In this document: piece by piece, positions 20,110-29,554 of the stretch
Layout: the number at the start of each line of letters is the position of its first letter
Numbering within the stretch: position 1 is the first letter of the stretch
Source of the DNA: Promethearchaeota archaeon
Lineage (GTDB): Archaea > Asgardarchaeota > Heimdallarchaeia > Hodarchaeales > Hodarchaeaceae
NCBI GenBank assembly: GCA_048938105.1
Contig: JBHLMN010000017.1
Span: 32,001 to 96,000, forward strand
Reading direction: 5' to 3'
DNA length: 64,000 nt
The notes under the pieces: model-generated
Told to the model about the DNA's origin: nothing
Seen by the model: only the letters and a program-made list of their open reading frames with translations
Database searches by the model: none
Position numbers and translations under genes: made by a program

Positions 20110-20904
20110 TTAAATTACTCCTACCTCAAGTGTTCCAATTGACTCAACTGTGGCACTAATTCTATCGCCCTTATTTACCGGACCTACTCCTGCGGGTGTA
20201 CCAGTAGCTATTAAATCCCCTAGTTCCAAAGTAGTGATTGAACTGCAATAGCTAATGACTTGTCTAATATCGAATATCATATCTCCTGTGTTTCCTTTTT
20301 GTTTAACTTTACCATTTAATTTTAACTCCAAATCAAGATTTTGAGGATCTTTGATTTCATCAGATGTTACGATGACTGGTCCTATCGGTGAGAATGTATC
20401 AAAACCCTTTGATGGAAACCATGGTCTGCCTCTTTTCTTTGCCACAGCTTGGATATCGCGAGCTGTCATATCGAGTAAAATTGTATAACCAAAAATAAAA
20501 TCAAAAGTTTCCTTTAAAGGGATATTTTTTCCTTTTTTACCAATAACAATTGCCAATTCTACTTCGTGATCAACTTGTTTGACTTGAGGAGGGAAGATAA
20601 TATCATCTCCTGGCCCAATTAACGCAGATTTGGGTTTTAAAAAGAGGTCAGGATGTGGAGGTAGATTTTCAGGTTCAACTCCCATTTCTTTCGCATGAGC
20701 AGGATAGTTTTTTGCTAAACAAATTATCTTAGACGATTGGATCGGTAATTCGAGAGATGATACACTTAAAAGCTCTTCATACCCCAATTGGTTAATACAC
20801 TCACGATCTCGAATAATTGGGTCAATGTTTTTCAAACTGGGGTATCTTTTAATGAGGTTATTTTCCCAAATTACAATTGCACCTTGATTCATTCCAATTT
20901 TCAC
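20110..20904 (-). CDS. Fumarylacetoacetate hydrolase family protein
   Basis: KIICLAKNYPAHAKE, FLKP, DHEVELA, DMTARD, SKGFDTF, GDLIATGTPAGVG. Confidence 0.93.
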   Translation of the reverse strand: MKIGMNQGAIVIWENNLIKRYPSLKNIDPIIRDRECINQLGYEELLSVSSLELPIQSSKIICLAKNYPAHAKEMGVEPENLPPHPDLFLKPKSALIGPGDDIIFPPQVKQVDHEVELAIVIGKKGKNIPLKETFDFIFGYTILLDMTARDIQAVAKKRGRPWFPSKGFDTFSPIGPVIVTSDEIKDPQNLDLELKLNGKVKQKGNTGDMIFDIRQVISYCSSITTLELGDLIATGTPAGVGPVNKGDRISATVESIGTLEVGVI

Positions 20905-21117
20905 TATAAATTTCTCCGTCTAGCTTTTTATGCTACTAGATAACTTTGAGAATTCCAATTAAATTCTATATTTATAAAATAGTTTAAAGAAGAGATTTTT
21001 TTCCTTTAATGGATATTGGGGTTCCAAATCATAGTTAGAATTAAACCTTATGACATGTTGCATAAAAATCACAAAAACAAAAATGATATGAATATCATGG
21101 CATTTTGAGGATTATCA

Positions 21118-22044
21118 ATGGAATGCTTAGTCACAGGTGGCGCAGGATTCGTTGGCAGCCATTTAATAGAAAGATTATTACAAAACAATCATTCAGTGGT
21201 ATGTCTAGACGATTTTAGCACTGGAACGAACAAGAATCTTAGTAGAATCAAAAATAAAATTAAGATTATAAAGGGAGATATAAGAGACCCAGAGACAATT
21301 AGAAAAACGGTCAAAGATATCGATTGTGTTTTTCATTTAGCTGCCCAAATCTCTGTCAATCGTTCTGTGCGAGAACCACGGTTTGATGCATCTGTAAACA
21401 TTGAGGGGACAATAAACCTGTTGGAAGCTATATGTAGTAGCTCTATTAAACGCTTCATATATATTTCTACGGGTGGGGCCATTTATGGTGAACCTTCTGT
21501 TATTCCAGCGACAGAAGAAACCAGAGAGGCGCCGATTTCACCATATGGGATTAGTAAACTTGTTAGTGAAAAATACATAGAATGGTTTCACAATGTTTAT
21601 GGCCTTTCATATACAATCATTCGACCAGCAAATATTTATGGTCCACGACAAGATCCTCTTGGCGAAGCTGGTGTGATTTCAATCTTTTTGGGGAGGCTTA
21701 AGAACAGTAAACCCCTGGAAATTTTTGGGGATGGTAAAGATACTAGAGATTATGTTTATGTTAAAGATATTGCAGAGATCTGCATCAAGGCAATGAATTC
21801 CTCCCACATGAATACATTTAATGCAGGAACAGGAAAACAAACTAATTTAGTAGAATTAGTTAAAATCATCGAAAATGTGACAAAAATCGAAGCACATATG
21901 AAATTTTGTGACCCACGGCCTGGAGATGTCAAGCATATAGCCCTAGACTCTAAGAAAGCGTATCAAAAGTTGGGTTGGAAACCAACTACTAGCTTAACTA
22001 CTGGAATAAGTAAGACTTGGGAATGGTTCTCATCTGTTCAGTGA
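21118..22044 (+). CDS. galE: NAD-dependent epimerase/dehydratase (UDP-glucose 4-epimerase-like)
   Basis: VTGGAGFVGSH, HLAAQ, PYGISK (YxxxK), NIYGPRQ, RDYVYV; the TGA stop lies inside the IS right end. Confidence 0.88.
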   Translation: MECLVTGGAGFVGSHLIERLLQNNHSVVCLDDFSTGTNKNLSRIKNKIKIIKGDIRDPETIRKTVKDIDCVFHLAAQISVNRSVREPRFDASVNIEGTINLLEAICSSSIKRFIYISTGGAIYGEPSVIPATEETREAPISPYGISKLVSEKYIEWFHNVYGLSYTIIRPANIYGPRQDPLGEAGVISIFLGRLKNSKPLEIFGDGKDTRDYVYVKDIAEICIKAMNSSHMNTFNAGTGKQTNLVELVKIIENVTKIEAHMKFCDPRPGDVKHIALDSKKAYQKLGWKPTTSLTTGISKTWEWFSSVQ

Positions 22045-22200
22045 ACTACCACCAACTAAAGCGAGTGGCTTCCTACGAGTTCGCCAAACCCCTGATGAGG
22101 GGAGACTTTCGTTTTACCATTGACTGTGTATCGTAGATTATCAATCCGACTTAAGAAGGATTGATAGCCCGTCCACAGGGCATTATGTGAGAGAAAGCGC
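22041..22200 (-). ncRNA. Predicted omega/reRNA scaffold of TnpB (5' boundary approximate)
   Basis: TnpB reRNAs overlap the tnpB 3' end and element right end; hairpin CCCCT-CATC-AGGGG at 22089-22102 plus a terminal hairpin before TTCAC. Confidence 0.5.
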
Positions 22201-23339
22201 TTCATAATGTTGATCGCTGAGTTGTGGTCGCGATCGAGGACGATTTCACACACTTCACAGTGATAAATGCGTTCAGAAAGAGACATCCGCTCTTTTATAT
22301 AACCACAGACGGAACAGGTTTTAGTAGTATCCCGCTCATCAATTACTGTTACTCTTTTACCTAGCTTTTTTGCCTTATAGGTCAGTAATTCGATAAAACG
22401 CCCTAGATGACCTGTGTTGTGGACACCACGGTTAACACTCTTCTGATACTTTTTCCTCTTTCCATTCTTCTTCCTAGTCATTTGTTTAGGGGAAAGATTA
22501 CCCACGATAATAGTTCGGGCTTTGGTATTCCGTAAGAGGTTGAGGCTTTGCTTATGTTGCCAGTCCATCGTCTGATTTCGACATTTCCGTTGGATGGTTG
22601 CCAACCTTTGAGTGAACAATCGATGTCTATGACTCCCCTGTTTGCAGTGATCTCGTCTCTGCTGCAAGGAGCGAATCTTCGGTTCCCAATACTTGTCAGG
22701 ACGCTTGACCGTTGATTCGAGAAACTTACCCTGCAGATTAATGGCTGTATGTTTGGTCGTACCTAGATCAAACGCTTGGTACAGCCCATTATCAATGAAA
22801 GGAGGATCCTAATGTTCAAATGTTACGGCTAAATAAAACCTCTTGTCATAGTGATCTTGAAAGATCTCAATCTGTTTAATGATGTGAGTAGAAAAGTCAA
22901 ACGGGACGGGAAAGATCAATTCTGTCTTACTTGGATGTTTGTGAGAGAATCGAATCGTCTCTTTGGTGACAATGAAACCCGATTGGTTGTAACATAACGT
23001 GAAGAAATAATCCTTGCCTCGGAAGGTGGGTGGCCGAGTAGTATGATCTCCGCTCTTGAGTAACCCAAAAAATGATTTATACGCAGCATCCAGCTTTTTA
23101 AGTGTCATTTGGAGGACTTTGGAGTAGACCTGGGTGTACCTAGGGAACAGCTGCTTTAATTGGGGTAAGGCGTTCTGCTGCTCCCTATAAGTAACACATT
23201 GGTTGTAGGTATCATAAAGATACTTTCTTTCTGCTAGCGCATGGTTGTACAGTAGTCGACACGTCTCTGATAATTCCCGTAGGACCTCCTCCTGCTGGGG
23301 TGTAGGAATGACTGTGAACTTCCATGTGAGAGGTACCAT
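22056..23339 (-). pseudogene. tnpB: TnpB RNA-guided endonuclease interrupted by one in-frame TAG at 22809-22811
   Basis: HTH-OrfB N-terminus (CRLLYNHAL), read-through TFEH*DPPF..QAFDLG (RuvC-I), zinc finger CSVCG..CEVC, DRDHNSAINI (RuvC-III); the two track ORFs are in the same frame. Confidence 0.88.
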
Positions 23340-23370
23340 GTAACCACCCTGAGCTATTTTGCGTCTATTA

Positions 23371-23381
23371 CTTTATATAAG
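23371..23381 (-). promoter_or_regulatory. Archaeal TATA box upstream of tnpB
   Basis: CTTATATAAAG on minus strand about 30-40 nt before the ATG; GGGTGG SD-like motif next to the ATG. Confidence 0.5.
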
Positions 23382-23556
23382 CCCTCTGAACCACTTTTTC
23401 CAACTTAACCAGCAATTATTTTCCCTTTCAACCTTTCTAATCTGATGATTCTTTTCCCTCCCCTCTTTTCTGTCTTTGAGATCATTTTTACCTCACCATT
23501 CATCCCCCATTTAAAGGAAAGGGGACTTCTGGTGAAGTTAAATCTTTTATATGCAG

Positions 23557-24579
23557 TTACCGAGGAAGGAGTTCTTTAATTTTCCTTTCCTGTTCGAATA
23601 ACCATTTTTCATCTAATTCAGAAAAACCAAAATGATTCCAAAATGATGCAACTACCCAGGGATCCAATTTCATTTCTTTTTTCGGATTTTGAGCAACCAA
23701 CCAAAATCCTTGCCATAACTCACCAACTGCTGTTTCAAAAAGACGTGAGGAAAATTCAGCTTCAGCTTTTTGACTCTGAATCAAACGGCGTTCTGATTCG
23801 TTAATGGAAACAAATGCTGCTAATATCCACATTTCACGATCAGTTTTGACATTTAACTGGTATAGACGATCTGCTAATGTTTCTAACTCCTTTCGAGCAT
23901 TATCGAGCTTTTCAGGTGTGAAAGTCGGAATACGTAATAGATTCACAAAGAAAGTGTAAAGATCCATATCAAAATCTCTTAATACATCCAGTAAAAGTGT
24001 TGCAGTTCCGATTTTAAAGGCATTCGCTTCCATCAAAGGAACACAGATGGCTTCCTCTGCTGCCTTAATTATCCACATGAAAGCGTCTGCTAACATATCC
24101 TCTCTAAGACGATTCTTCATTCGATCCAATAACAATAGAGTTGTTTGACGTTTTAGCTCAATTAACGCAGGATCCCATTCAATATGGGGCGCTTGATCAA
24201 CCCATTGCTGTAATTTTCCCTTCGGATCAAAAACAATATCACTAGATCTTAAAATACGTGTTACTGTAGCGACTTGCCAATAAGGAACATCTTTTTTCCC
24301 CCCTAAGACATCCAAGAAGAATGAGGGCGGAGCAAAGGTCACTTTAATTTCCAATTCATCAGGAATGTCAACCAAATCAGTAACCGTGGTTTCCTTGAGA
24401 TCATGGACACTCTCACGAATAGCCCAAAGATTAATTCTAGAATCAAATTGCTCAAAATCGTCATGAACTAGAAATCGTCCTAGTTCTTGATCCTTAGCCT
24501 CAATTTTCGCCAATAAAGTCTCAGTAACTCGGTTAATAACTTGGTTATCATTCTTAGATCTCATCAAAAGGCTCCTCAA
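23557..24579 (-). CDS. Hypothetical protein, possibly degenerate nucleotidyltransferase plus helical domain
   Basis: 340 aa ORF; RILRSSDIVFDPKGKL resembles the end of minimal NTase domains, followed by a helical bundle. Confidence 0.55.
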   Translation of the reverse strand: MRSLLMRSKNDNQVINRVTETLLAKIEAKDQELGRFLVHDDFEQFDSRINLWAIRESVHDLKETTVTDLVDIPDELEIKVTFAPPSFFLDVLGGKKDVPYWQVATVTRILRSSDIVFDPKGKLQQWVDQAPHIEWDPALIELKRQTTLLLLDRMKNRLREDMLADAFMWIIKAAEEAICVPLMEANAFKIGTATLLLDVLRDFDMDLYTFFVNLLRIPTFTPEKLDNARKELETLADRLYQLNVKTDREMWILAAFVSINESERRLIQSQKAEAEFSSRLFETAVGELWQGFWLVAQNPKKEMKLDPWVVASFWNHFGFSELDEKWLFEQERKIKELLPR

Positions 24580-24646
24580 TTATGATACATGAGAATAGGA
24601 ATTTATTAAATTCACATTAATATTCTTATTATTAGTAATTCCAACG

Positions 24647-26995
24647 GTGAATTGTGTGAAAAAACTTCAGCTTACTTTTCTCTTATTTCTTATTATTTCA
24701 AATGTGGTTTTTTCTTGTTCTGTACGTTCCAACAGCAATGATAGGGCTGAAATTTCACTCAGATCACGTCAAATAATATATAATGTGGCACATACAACTC
24801 TTAAATTACTTGTTATCCTTATGGAATTACCTGATGATCCTCATCATCCTACTCACACAATACACTATTATGAGAATCTTTTCTTTTCAACTGAAGCAGA
24901 TAGTGTGAGCCAATATTTTCGGAATACTTCTTATGGGGAGGTTATCTTAGAAGGAGAAATACTAGGTTGGTATCAAGCGAACCACAACTTAAGCTATTAT
25001 GGAGCTGGTGAGAGATTGGGTGGTATACCATCCGTAGATTCTGTTTATTATGGTCTTGCAGAGGAAGCAAGAACCCATGCGATTAATGCTAAAAAAGATC
25101 CACAGGACTATGATCTTTTCATCGTAATTCATTCGGGTGATGGACAAGAGTATTCAGGAAACTCAAACGATATCTGGTCTCACAAAGGAAGTTATCCCAT
25201 TGAATATTCTATGAATCATGAGTATGTAGATTATGTAACCCCTTCACACGAATTAGGGCATGAACTTTACTTCCCAGATCTTTATGACTACAAGAGCTAT
25301 CAAAACATCTTTGCTGGACCTTATGATATTATGGCTTATGGAGAAGGCCATTTCTCGATTTGGAATAAATATTATAGTCGAATTTCACAAGCAAATTCTC
25401 CTCGGTTTCTTTCAAATAGCCATCGCTTACAAATTACTAATTTTACGAATGATACCATAACCAATGCTAATCCTTTAGCTCTAACTGAACCCAGTGGTAT
25501 CATGTGGCTTGAACTGGAGTGGAATTCAACAGGATTCAGCAATCCTGAATATGGTCGAGGATGGACAGTTACAGTTCGGGAAGACCTCGATTACGATAGA
25601 TATCTACCAAAACATGGAATTGTCATTGCTGAAATTCAGGTTGGCCCTCGTGCATCTAATCAAATCCAAGTAGGATCAGATGTATGGCCTCCTTGGAATG
25701 TAATTGATGCACATCCTGAAACAAGTGAGAATAAAGAAGATGCTGCATTTTCCTTAGTTGATGGGGACATTGGAACCTATTGCTCAAAAGAAGGGTGGGC
25801 CATTCAGGTAATAGAAAAATATGAGAATTTATCTTATTGTTTAAGGGTGACAAATGAGAGTAAGATCCCTCAAGTGGAGATAGTACCACCAATTCATTCT
25901 ATAAAAGGATGTTATGATATTTTGGTCACAACTACTAGCCCGTTAAGGTCAAACATATCTCGAACAGAGATTTCTATTGACAACGGACCCTGGAAAACTT
26001 GTAATCCTGCTGCAATTGAAGGAACTTATTATTTTGAGTGGAATACAACAGGAGTAAGAGAAGGAACTCATTTGGTTCGAGCTCGAGCTTTAGACAATAC
26101 AAATATTCCTTACATTGGCTATTCCTCTTTCATAAACGTAGAAGTTGATAATACAGATGGCATAATACTAGTAGTAGATGATGATCTGGGCCGTTCGTCG
26201 GAAACTTCTATCCTTTCGGCGTTAGATAAATTAGGCTATTCTGGACAATATGAAATTCTACAGACAAGTTCTTTGACTGATGCAGAGATCAGCGCAGAAG
26301 AGATGAGAGATTATGAATATGTAATTTGGGTAGGAAATCCTGCAATTACTCCAATATCTAACTCACATATTAATTACAATGAATTTCAAGAAATTAAGCA
26401 ATACTTAGAATCCTCGACTATGGATAATCCTTCCCGAATCATTTTCATGTCTAATTACAATATTTTCGACTTTAGTAATCAAGGTAGTAATGTTCATGAT
26501 GAAATTGCTGAGATTTTTCGTGCACGAAGTCCTACTAACTTTCGAGCACCTGTTACGCTATTGAGAGGCCTAGACTTTTTGGAAAGCCTTCCATCGTTTA
26601 CATTAGGTTTTACTAACACATTACGGGCAAATAGAAGTAGTGATGGAGAAGTAGTTACGTTATTAGCTGGAGCGGTATCTATTCTCGAGGATGTGAGCCC
26701 TGAATTCATAGATTACAGCACTAAAGGTTATTATATCGACACTGGGGAATACAAACTGATTAATTATCTTTTTCAGCCTGAATTAGTCCCTGACACGATT
26801 TTACCGAATCTTCTCGATTTATCCATCAACTATCTGAATCAACCAAATAACTCTACATTCACCACCCACACCGCAACACTCTCTGATTCTAATGCTTCTA
26901 CTAGTGGAATTGAACCATTGTTCTTCATTGGTATGTTAACAATTGGAGTAATCAGTATTTTCCTATATATAAGAAAAATAGGACGAAAAATATAA
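24647..26995 (+). CDS. Secreted M6 (immune inhibitor A-like) metalloprotease with Ig-like domain and C-terminal membrane anchor
   Basis: Signal peptide, SVSQYF..SYG, IHSG.GQE, IWSH, HELGH..FPDLYD, DIMAYG; WNTT..EGTHLVRARA Ig repeat; C-terminal TM plus basic tail. Confidence 0.85.
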   Translation: MNCVKKLQLTFLLFLIISNVVFSCSVRSNSNDRAEISLRSRQIIYNVAHTTLKLLVILMELPDDPHHPTHTIHYYENLFFSTEADSVSQYFRNTSYGEVILEGEILGWYQANHNLSYYGAGERLGGIPSVDSVYYGLAEEARTHAINAKKDPQDYDLFIVIHSGDGQEYSGNSNDIWSHKGSYPIEYSMNHEYVDYVTPSHELGHELYFPDLYDYKSYQNIFAGPYDIMAYGEGHFSIWNKYYSRISQANSPRFLSNSHRLQITNFTNDTITNANPLALTEPSGIMWLELEWNSTGFSNPEYGRGWTVTVREDLDYDRYLPKHGIVIAEIQVGPRASNQIQVGSDVWPPWNVIDAHPETSENKEDAAFSLVDGDIGTYCSKEGWAIQVIEKYENLSYCLRVTNESKIPQVEIVPPIHSIKGCYDILVTTTSPLRSNISRTEISIDNGPWKTCNPAAIEGTYYFEWNTTGVREGTHLVRARALDNTNIPYIGYSSFINVEVDNTDGIILVVDDDLGRSSETSILSALDKLGYSGQYEILQTSSLTDAEISAEEMRDYEYVIWVGNPAITPISNSHINYNEFQEIKQYLESSTMDNPSRIIFMSNYNIFDFSNQGSNVHDEIAEIFRARSPTNFRAPVTLLRGLDFLESLPSFTLGFTNTLRANRSSDGEVVTLLAGAVSILEDVSPEFIDYSTKGYYIDTGEYKLINYLFQPELVPDTILPNLLDLSINYLNQPNNSTFTTHTATLSDSNASTSGIEPLFFIGMLTIGVISIFLYIRKIGRKI

Positions 26996-27016
26996 CTTAC
27001 CAGTTAAACCACAATT

Positions 27017-28006
27017 TCACTCATTAGAAATCTTATCAAATTTGTTTTTCTTCATATCAGAAGGAATATCAAACTTAACATCTAAGTATATTCCAAATAA
27101 GACGAGAAACCCTCCAACCAGAGTGATTGGGGGTAAAACTTGGGAAAAAATAAGCCAAGCTAACAATGATGCTCCAACAGTTTCTCCAATTACTGCTAAA
27201 GAAACCGTTTGAGCTGAGAAATGCTTCATTGCATAGATATATAGTGCATGCCCTAATAAGCTTGGGCCAATGGCTAATGCAATGAACCATATAAGATCAG
27301 CTTGAGTGAAACGAAGAACATTATCACCCAATAAAAATGCAAAAAGTAAAAGAAATATGGAGCAAAATAAATTTACAAAGAACACATAAGGAATATTAGG
27401 TACTGTATGTTGAGTCCGCATATGCTTTCCTATCATAAAATAAAAAGCAACCATGAAGGCTCCGAATAATGCAAGAAAAATGCCTTCAGGGAGGATTGTG
27501 TTGTTCTGTTGGGAAGTAGGAGTTAAAGATATTAGAAATAAACCCATGAAACCAAGAAATAACCCAATAAGTTGATTTTGAGTTATTTTCTCACGTAATA
27601 ATAAGAAAGAAAATACAACTACCCAAATTGGGGAGGAATTGACCACCAAGACTGATACAGCGACAGATAATGATGTTAAACTTTGAATCCAGCTCAAGAA
27701 GTGAAGAGAAAGAAATAATCCCGAGAGCATAAAAAAGCCTTGATAGGTGAAATTAAAATATAGTTTAAACTGTTTTCTGATTTCCAGGCGCAAAATAAAC
27801 GGAATGAGGAAAATAACTGACAGAAATAACCTCCAAAAAGCAATAACGACAGGAGGAACACCATTATCCAATAAAATAGTAATAAATATAGAAGCCCAAG
27901 ATACAGCAAAAGTAGCAATGATTAGGCTGATTTGACATTTTGTCTTGAGCTGTAACTGTTCCATATTATCACAAAAACCTAATAGAGTTCGAAATTGTCT
28001 TAACAT
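27017..28006 (-). CDS. DMT/EamA family transporter
   Basis: 10 TM, IAFWRL, SSPIWV...LLREK duplicated architecture. Confidence 0.88.
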   Translation of the reverse strand: MLRQFRTLLGFCDNMEQLQLKTKCQISLIIATFAVSWASIFITILLDNGVPPVVIAFWRLFLSVIFLIPFILRLEIRKQFKLYFNFTYQGFFMLSGLFLSLHFLSWIQSLTSLSVAVSVLVVNSSPIWVVVFSFLLLREKITQNQLIGLFLGFMGLFLISLTPTSQQNNTILPEGIFLALFGAFMVAFYFMIGKHMRTQHTVPNIPYVFFVNLFCSIFLLLFAFLLGDNVLRFTQADLIWFIALAIGPSLLGHALYIYAMKHFSAQTVSLAVIGETVGASLLAWLIFSQVLPPITLVGGFLVLFGIYLDVKFDIPSDMKKNKFDKISNE

Positions 28007-28086
28007 CTACCTAACTAAATATTTGTAGCACATAAAAAATATCAAATTTCCGAGCATTCTCTACTAAATGGTGTTGAATTTTATAT

Positions 28087-28956
28087 ATGCCTAAAGAAAA
28101 TATCATTGGCCCACGAATTGGCGCTCATAAATCAATTGCCAAGTCAATTGATCTCGCGATTGATCGTGGAATACAAAGTACTTGTGAGTGTCTACAAATC
28201 TTTACTCGGCCTCCAAGAAGATGGGTTGCATCAAAGCTAGAACCTGAACCTGTTCAAGAATTTATAAAGAAGTCTAAAGCTGCAAACTATTTCGATACAG
28301 CTATTCATATGCCCTATCTACCGAATCTCGCGAGTCCAGATGATACTCTATTTGAAAAATCTGTAAATGTGTTAATCGAAGAAGTAGAGAAGATAATAGT
28401 ATTGCAAGTCCCATATGTGATAACTCATCTAGGGAGTCCAAAAGATTGTGGTGAAGAATTCGCTGCTAAGCGAGTAGCAGAAGCTTTAAACAAAGTCAGA
28501 AGGCACATAAAGAATCCATCGATGATTTTACTAGAGAATTCAACAGCCAAAAAAAAGACCTGGGGGAATAAGATTGATCATTTCGAGAAAATTTTAGGCT
28601 ATGTACAGGAAGAACAATATATCGGTGTGTGTTTAGACACAGCCCATGCTTTCTCTTCTGGTTATGACATCTCTACTCCAGAAGGACTAAATGAAGTTAT
28701 AGATAAACTTGAAGAATTGGTAGGTAAAAATAAGCTTAAATTATTCCATATAAATGATTCTAAAGGTCCTCTCGGTTCGGGAATAGATCATCACGAACAT
28801 ATCGGGAAAGGTTATATCGGGTTAGACTGTTTTAAAGAATTAATGCGAAATCCCCGATATAAGAAATTACCAATGATTTTAGAAACCCCTAAAGACAATA
28901 AAATGAGTGATAAACAAAATTTAGATCTCTTAAGAAAATTACGATCACAGAATTAA
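28087..28956 (+). CDS. nfo: Endonuclease IV
   Basis: IGAHKSI, QIF, HMPYLPNL, HLGS, LLEN, CLDTAH, HINDS, DHHEHIG, ILETP. Confidence 0.95.
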   Translation: MPKENIIGPRIGAHKSIAKSIDLAIDRGIQSTCECLQIFTRPPRRWVASKLEPEPVQEFIKKSKAANYFDTAIHMPYLPNLASPDDTLFEKSVNVLIEEVEKIIVLQVPYVITHLGSPKDCGEEFAAKRVAEALNKVRRHIKNPSMILLENSTAKKKTWGNKIDHFEKILGYVQEEQYIGVCLDTAHAFSSGYDISTPEGLNEVIDKLEELVGKNKLKLFHINDSKGPLGSGIDHHEHIGKGYIGLDCFKELMRNPRYKKLPMILETPKDNKMSDKQNLDLLRKLRSQN

Positions 28957-28978
28957 CCAAATTTATGATTCTTAAGGA

Positions 28979-29542
28979 GTGAAACTCATGAAAAAACCAA
29001 TTTCGGATTTAACTGCTGCTTATCGTTATTTATACCCAAGACTCACAATCTTAGTCTCATCAGGGACATTGAAAGAACCAAATGCCTTAGCAATTGCCTG
29101 GTCTTGCCCTTTATCTGTTGAACCCCCACTAATAGGTGTCTCAATAACGAAGAAGCGTTTCTCTCATCAAATAATTAGCCAACACAAAGATTTCGTGGTA
29201 AATATTCCTAACATAACACAGGTTGAAGGAGTATATTATATTGGTAGTATTAGTGGAAGAAAGGAGCCTCAGAAACTCAAACGAGCTGGTTATACAGTTG
29301 AACCATCAAACAAAATTAATGCGCCACGAATAAAAGAATGCCTAATTAATCTTGAATGTGAATTACAGAGGATTATCATAACAGGAGATCACGATTTATT
29401 CATAGGGGAAGTGGTAGAGGTAGTAATTGATGATACAATAATTAATTATTGGGCTTTTGATCTAAAGAAATTTCAACCTCTATATTGGAGACAATCACGA
29501 TCAATGGAAGAAACTTATTCTCTTGATTTGAAATTTAAATGA
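28979..29542 (+). CDS. Flavin reductase family protein
   Basis: PPLIGVSI, FVVNIP, APRIKEC..NLEC, GDHDLFIGEV. Confidence 0.9.
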   Translation: MKLMKKPISDLTAAYRYLYPRLTILVSSGTLKEPNALAIAWSCPLSVEPPLIGVSITKKRFSHQIISQHKDFVVNIPNITQVEGVYYIGSISGRKEPQKLKRAGYTVEPSNKINAPRIKECLINLECELQRIIITGDHDLFIGEVVEVVIDDTIINYWAFDLKKFQPLYWRQSRSMEETYSLDLKFK

Positions 29543-29554
29543 AAGGAAACACAA

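Larger units (their letters stand above)
22041..23537 (-). mobile_element. IS200/IS605 family IS1341-type element (tnpB only, no transposase)
   Basis: Right end on minus strand GAAGCCACTCGCTTTAGTTGGTGGTAGTTCAC ending at 22041; left-end hairpin TCACCA...CCCC..GGGG...TGGTGA at 23493-23535; TTTAA (minus strand) at 23538-23542; no target duplication; joining the flanks gives CAT-TAA at the galE end. Confidence 0.85.

Noticed and set aside
22056-23339. Two separate genes (176 aa and 203 aa) or a tnpA+tnpB pair
   Set aside because: Both are in one frame and together form a single TnpB; no HUH or serine-recombinase motif is present
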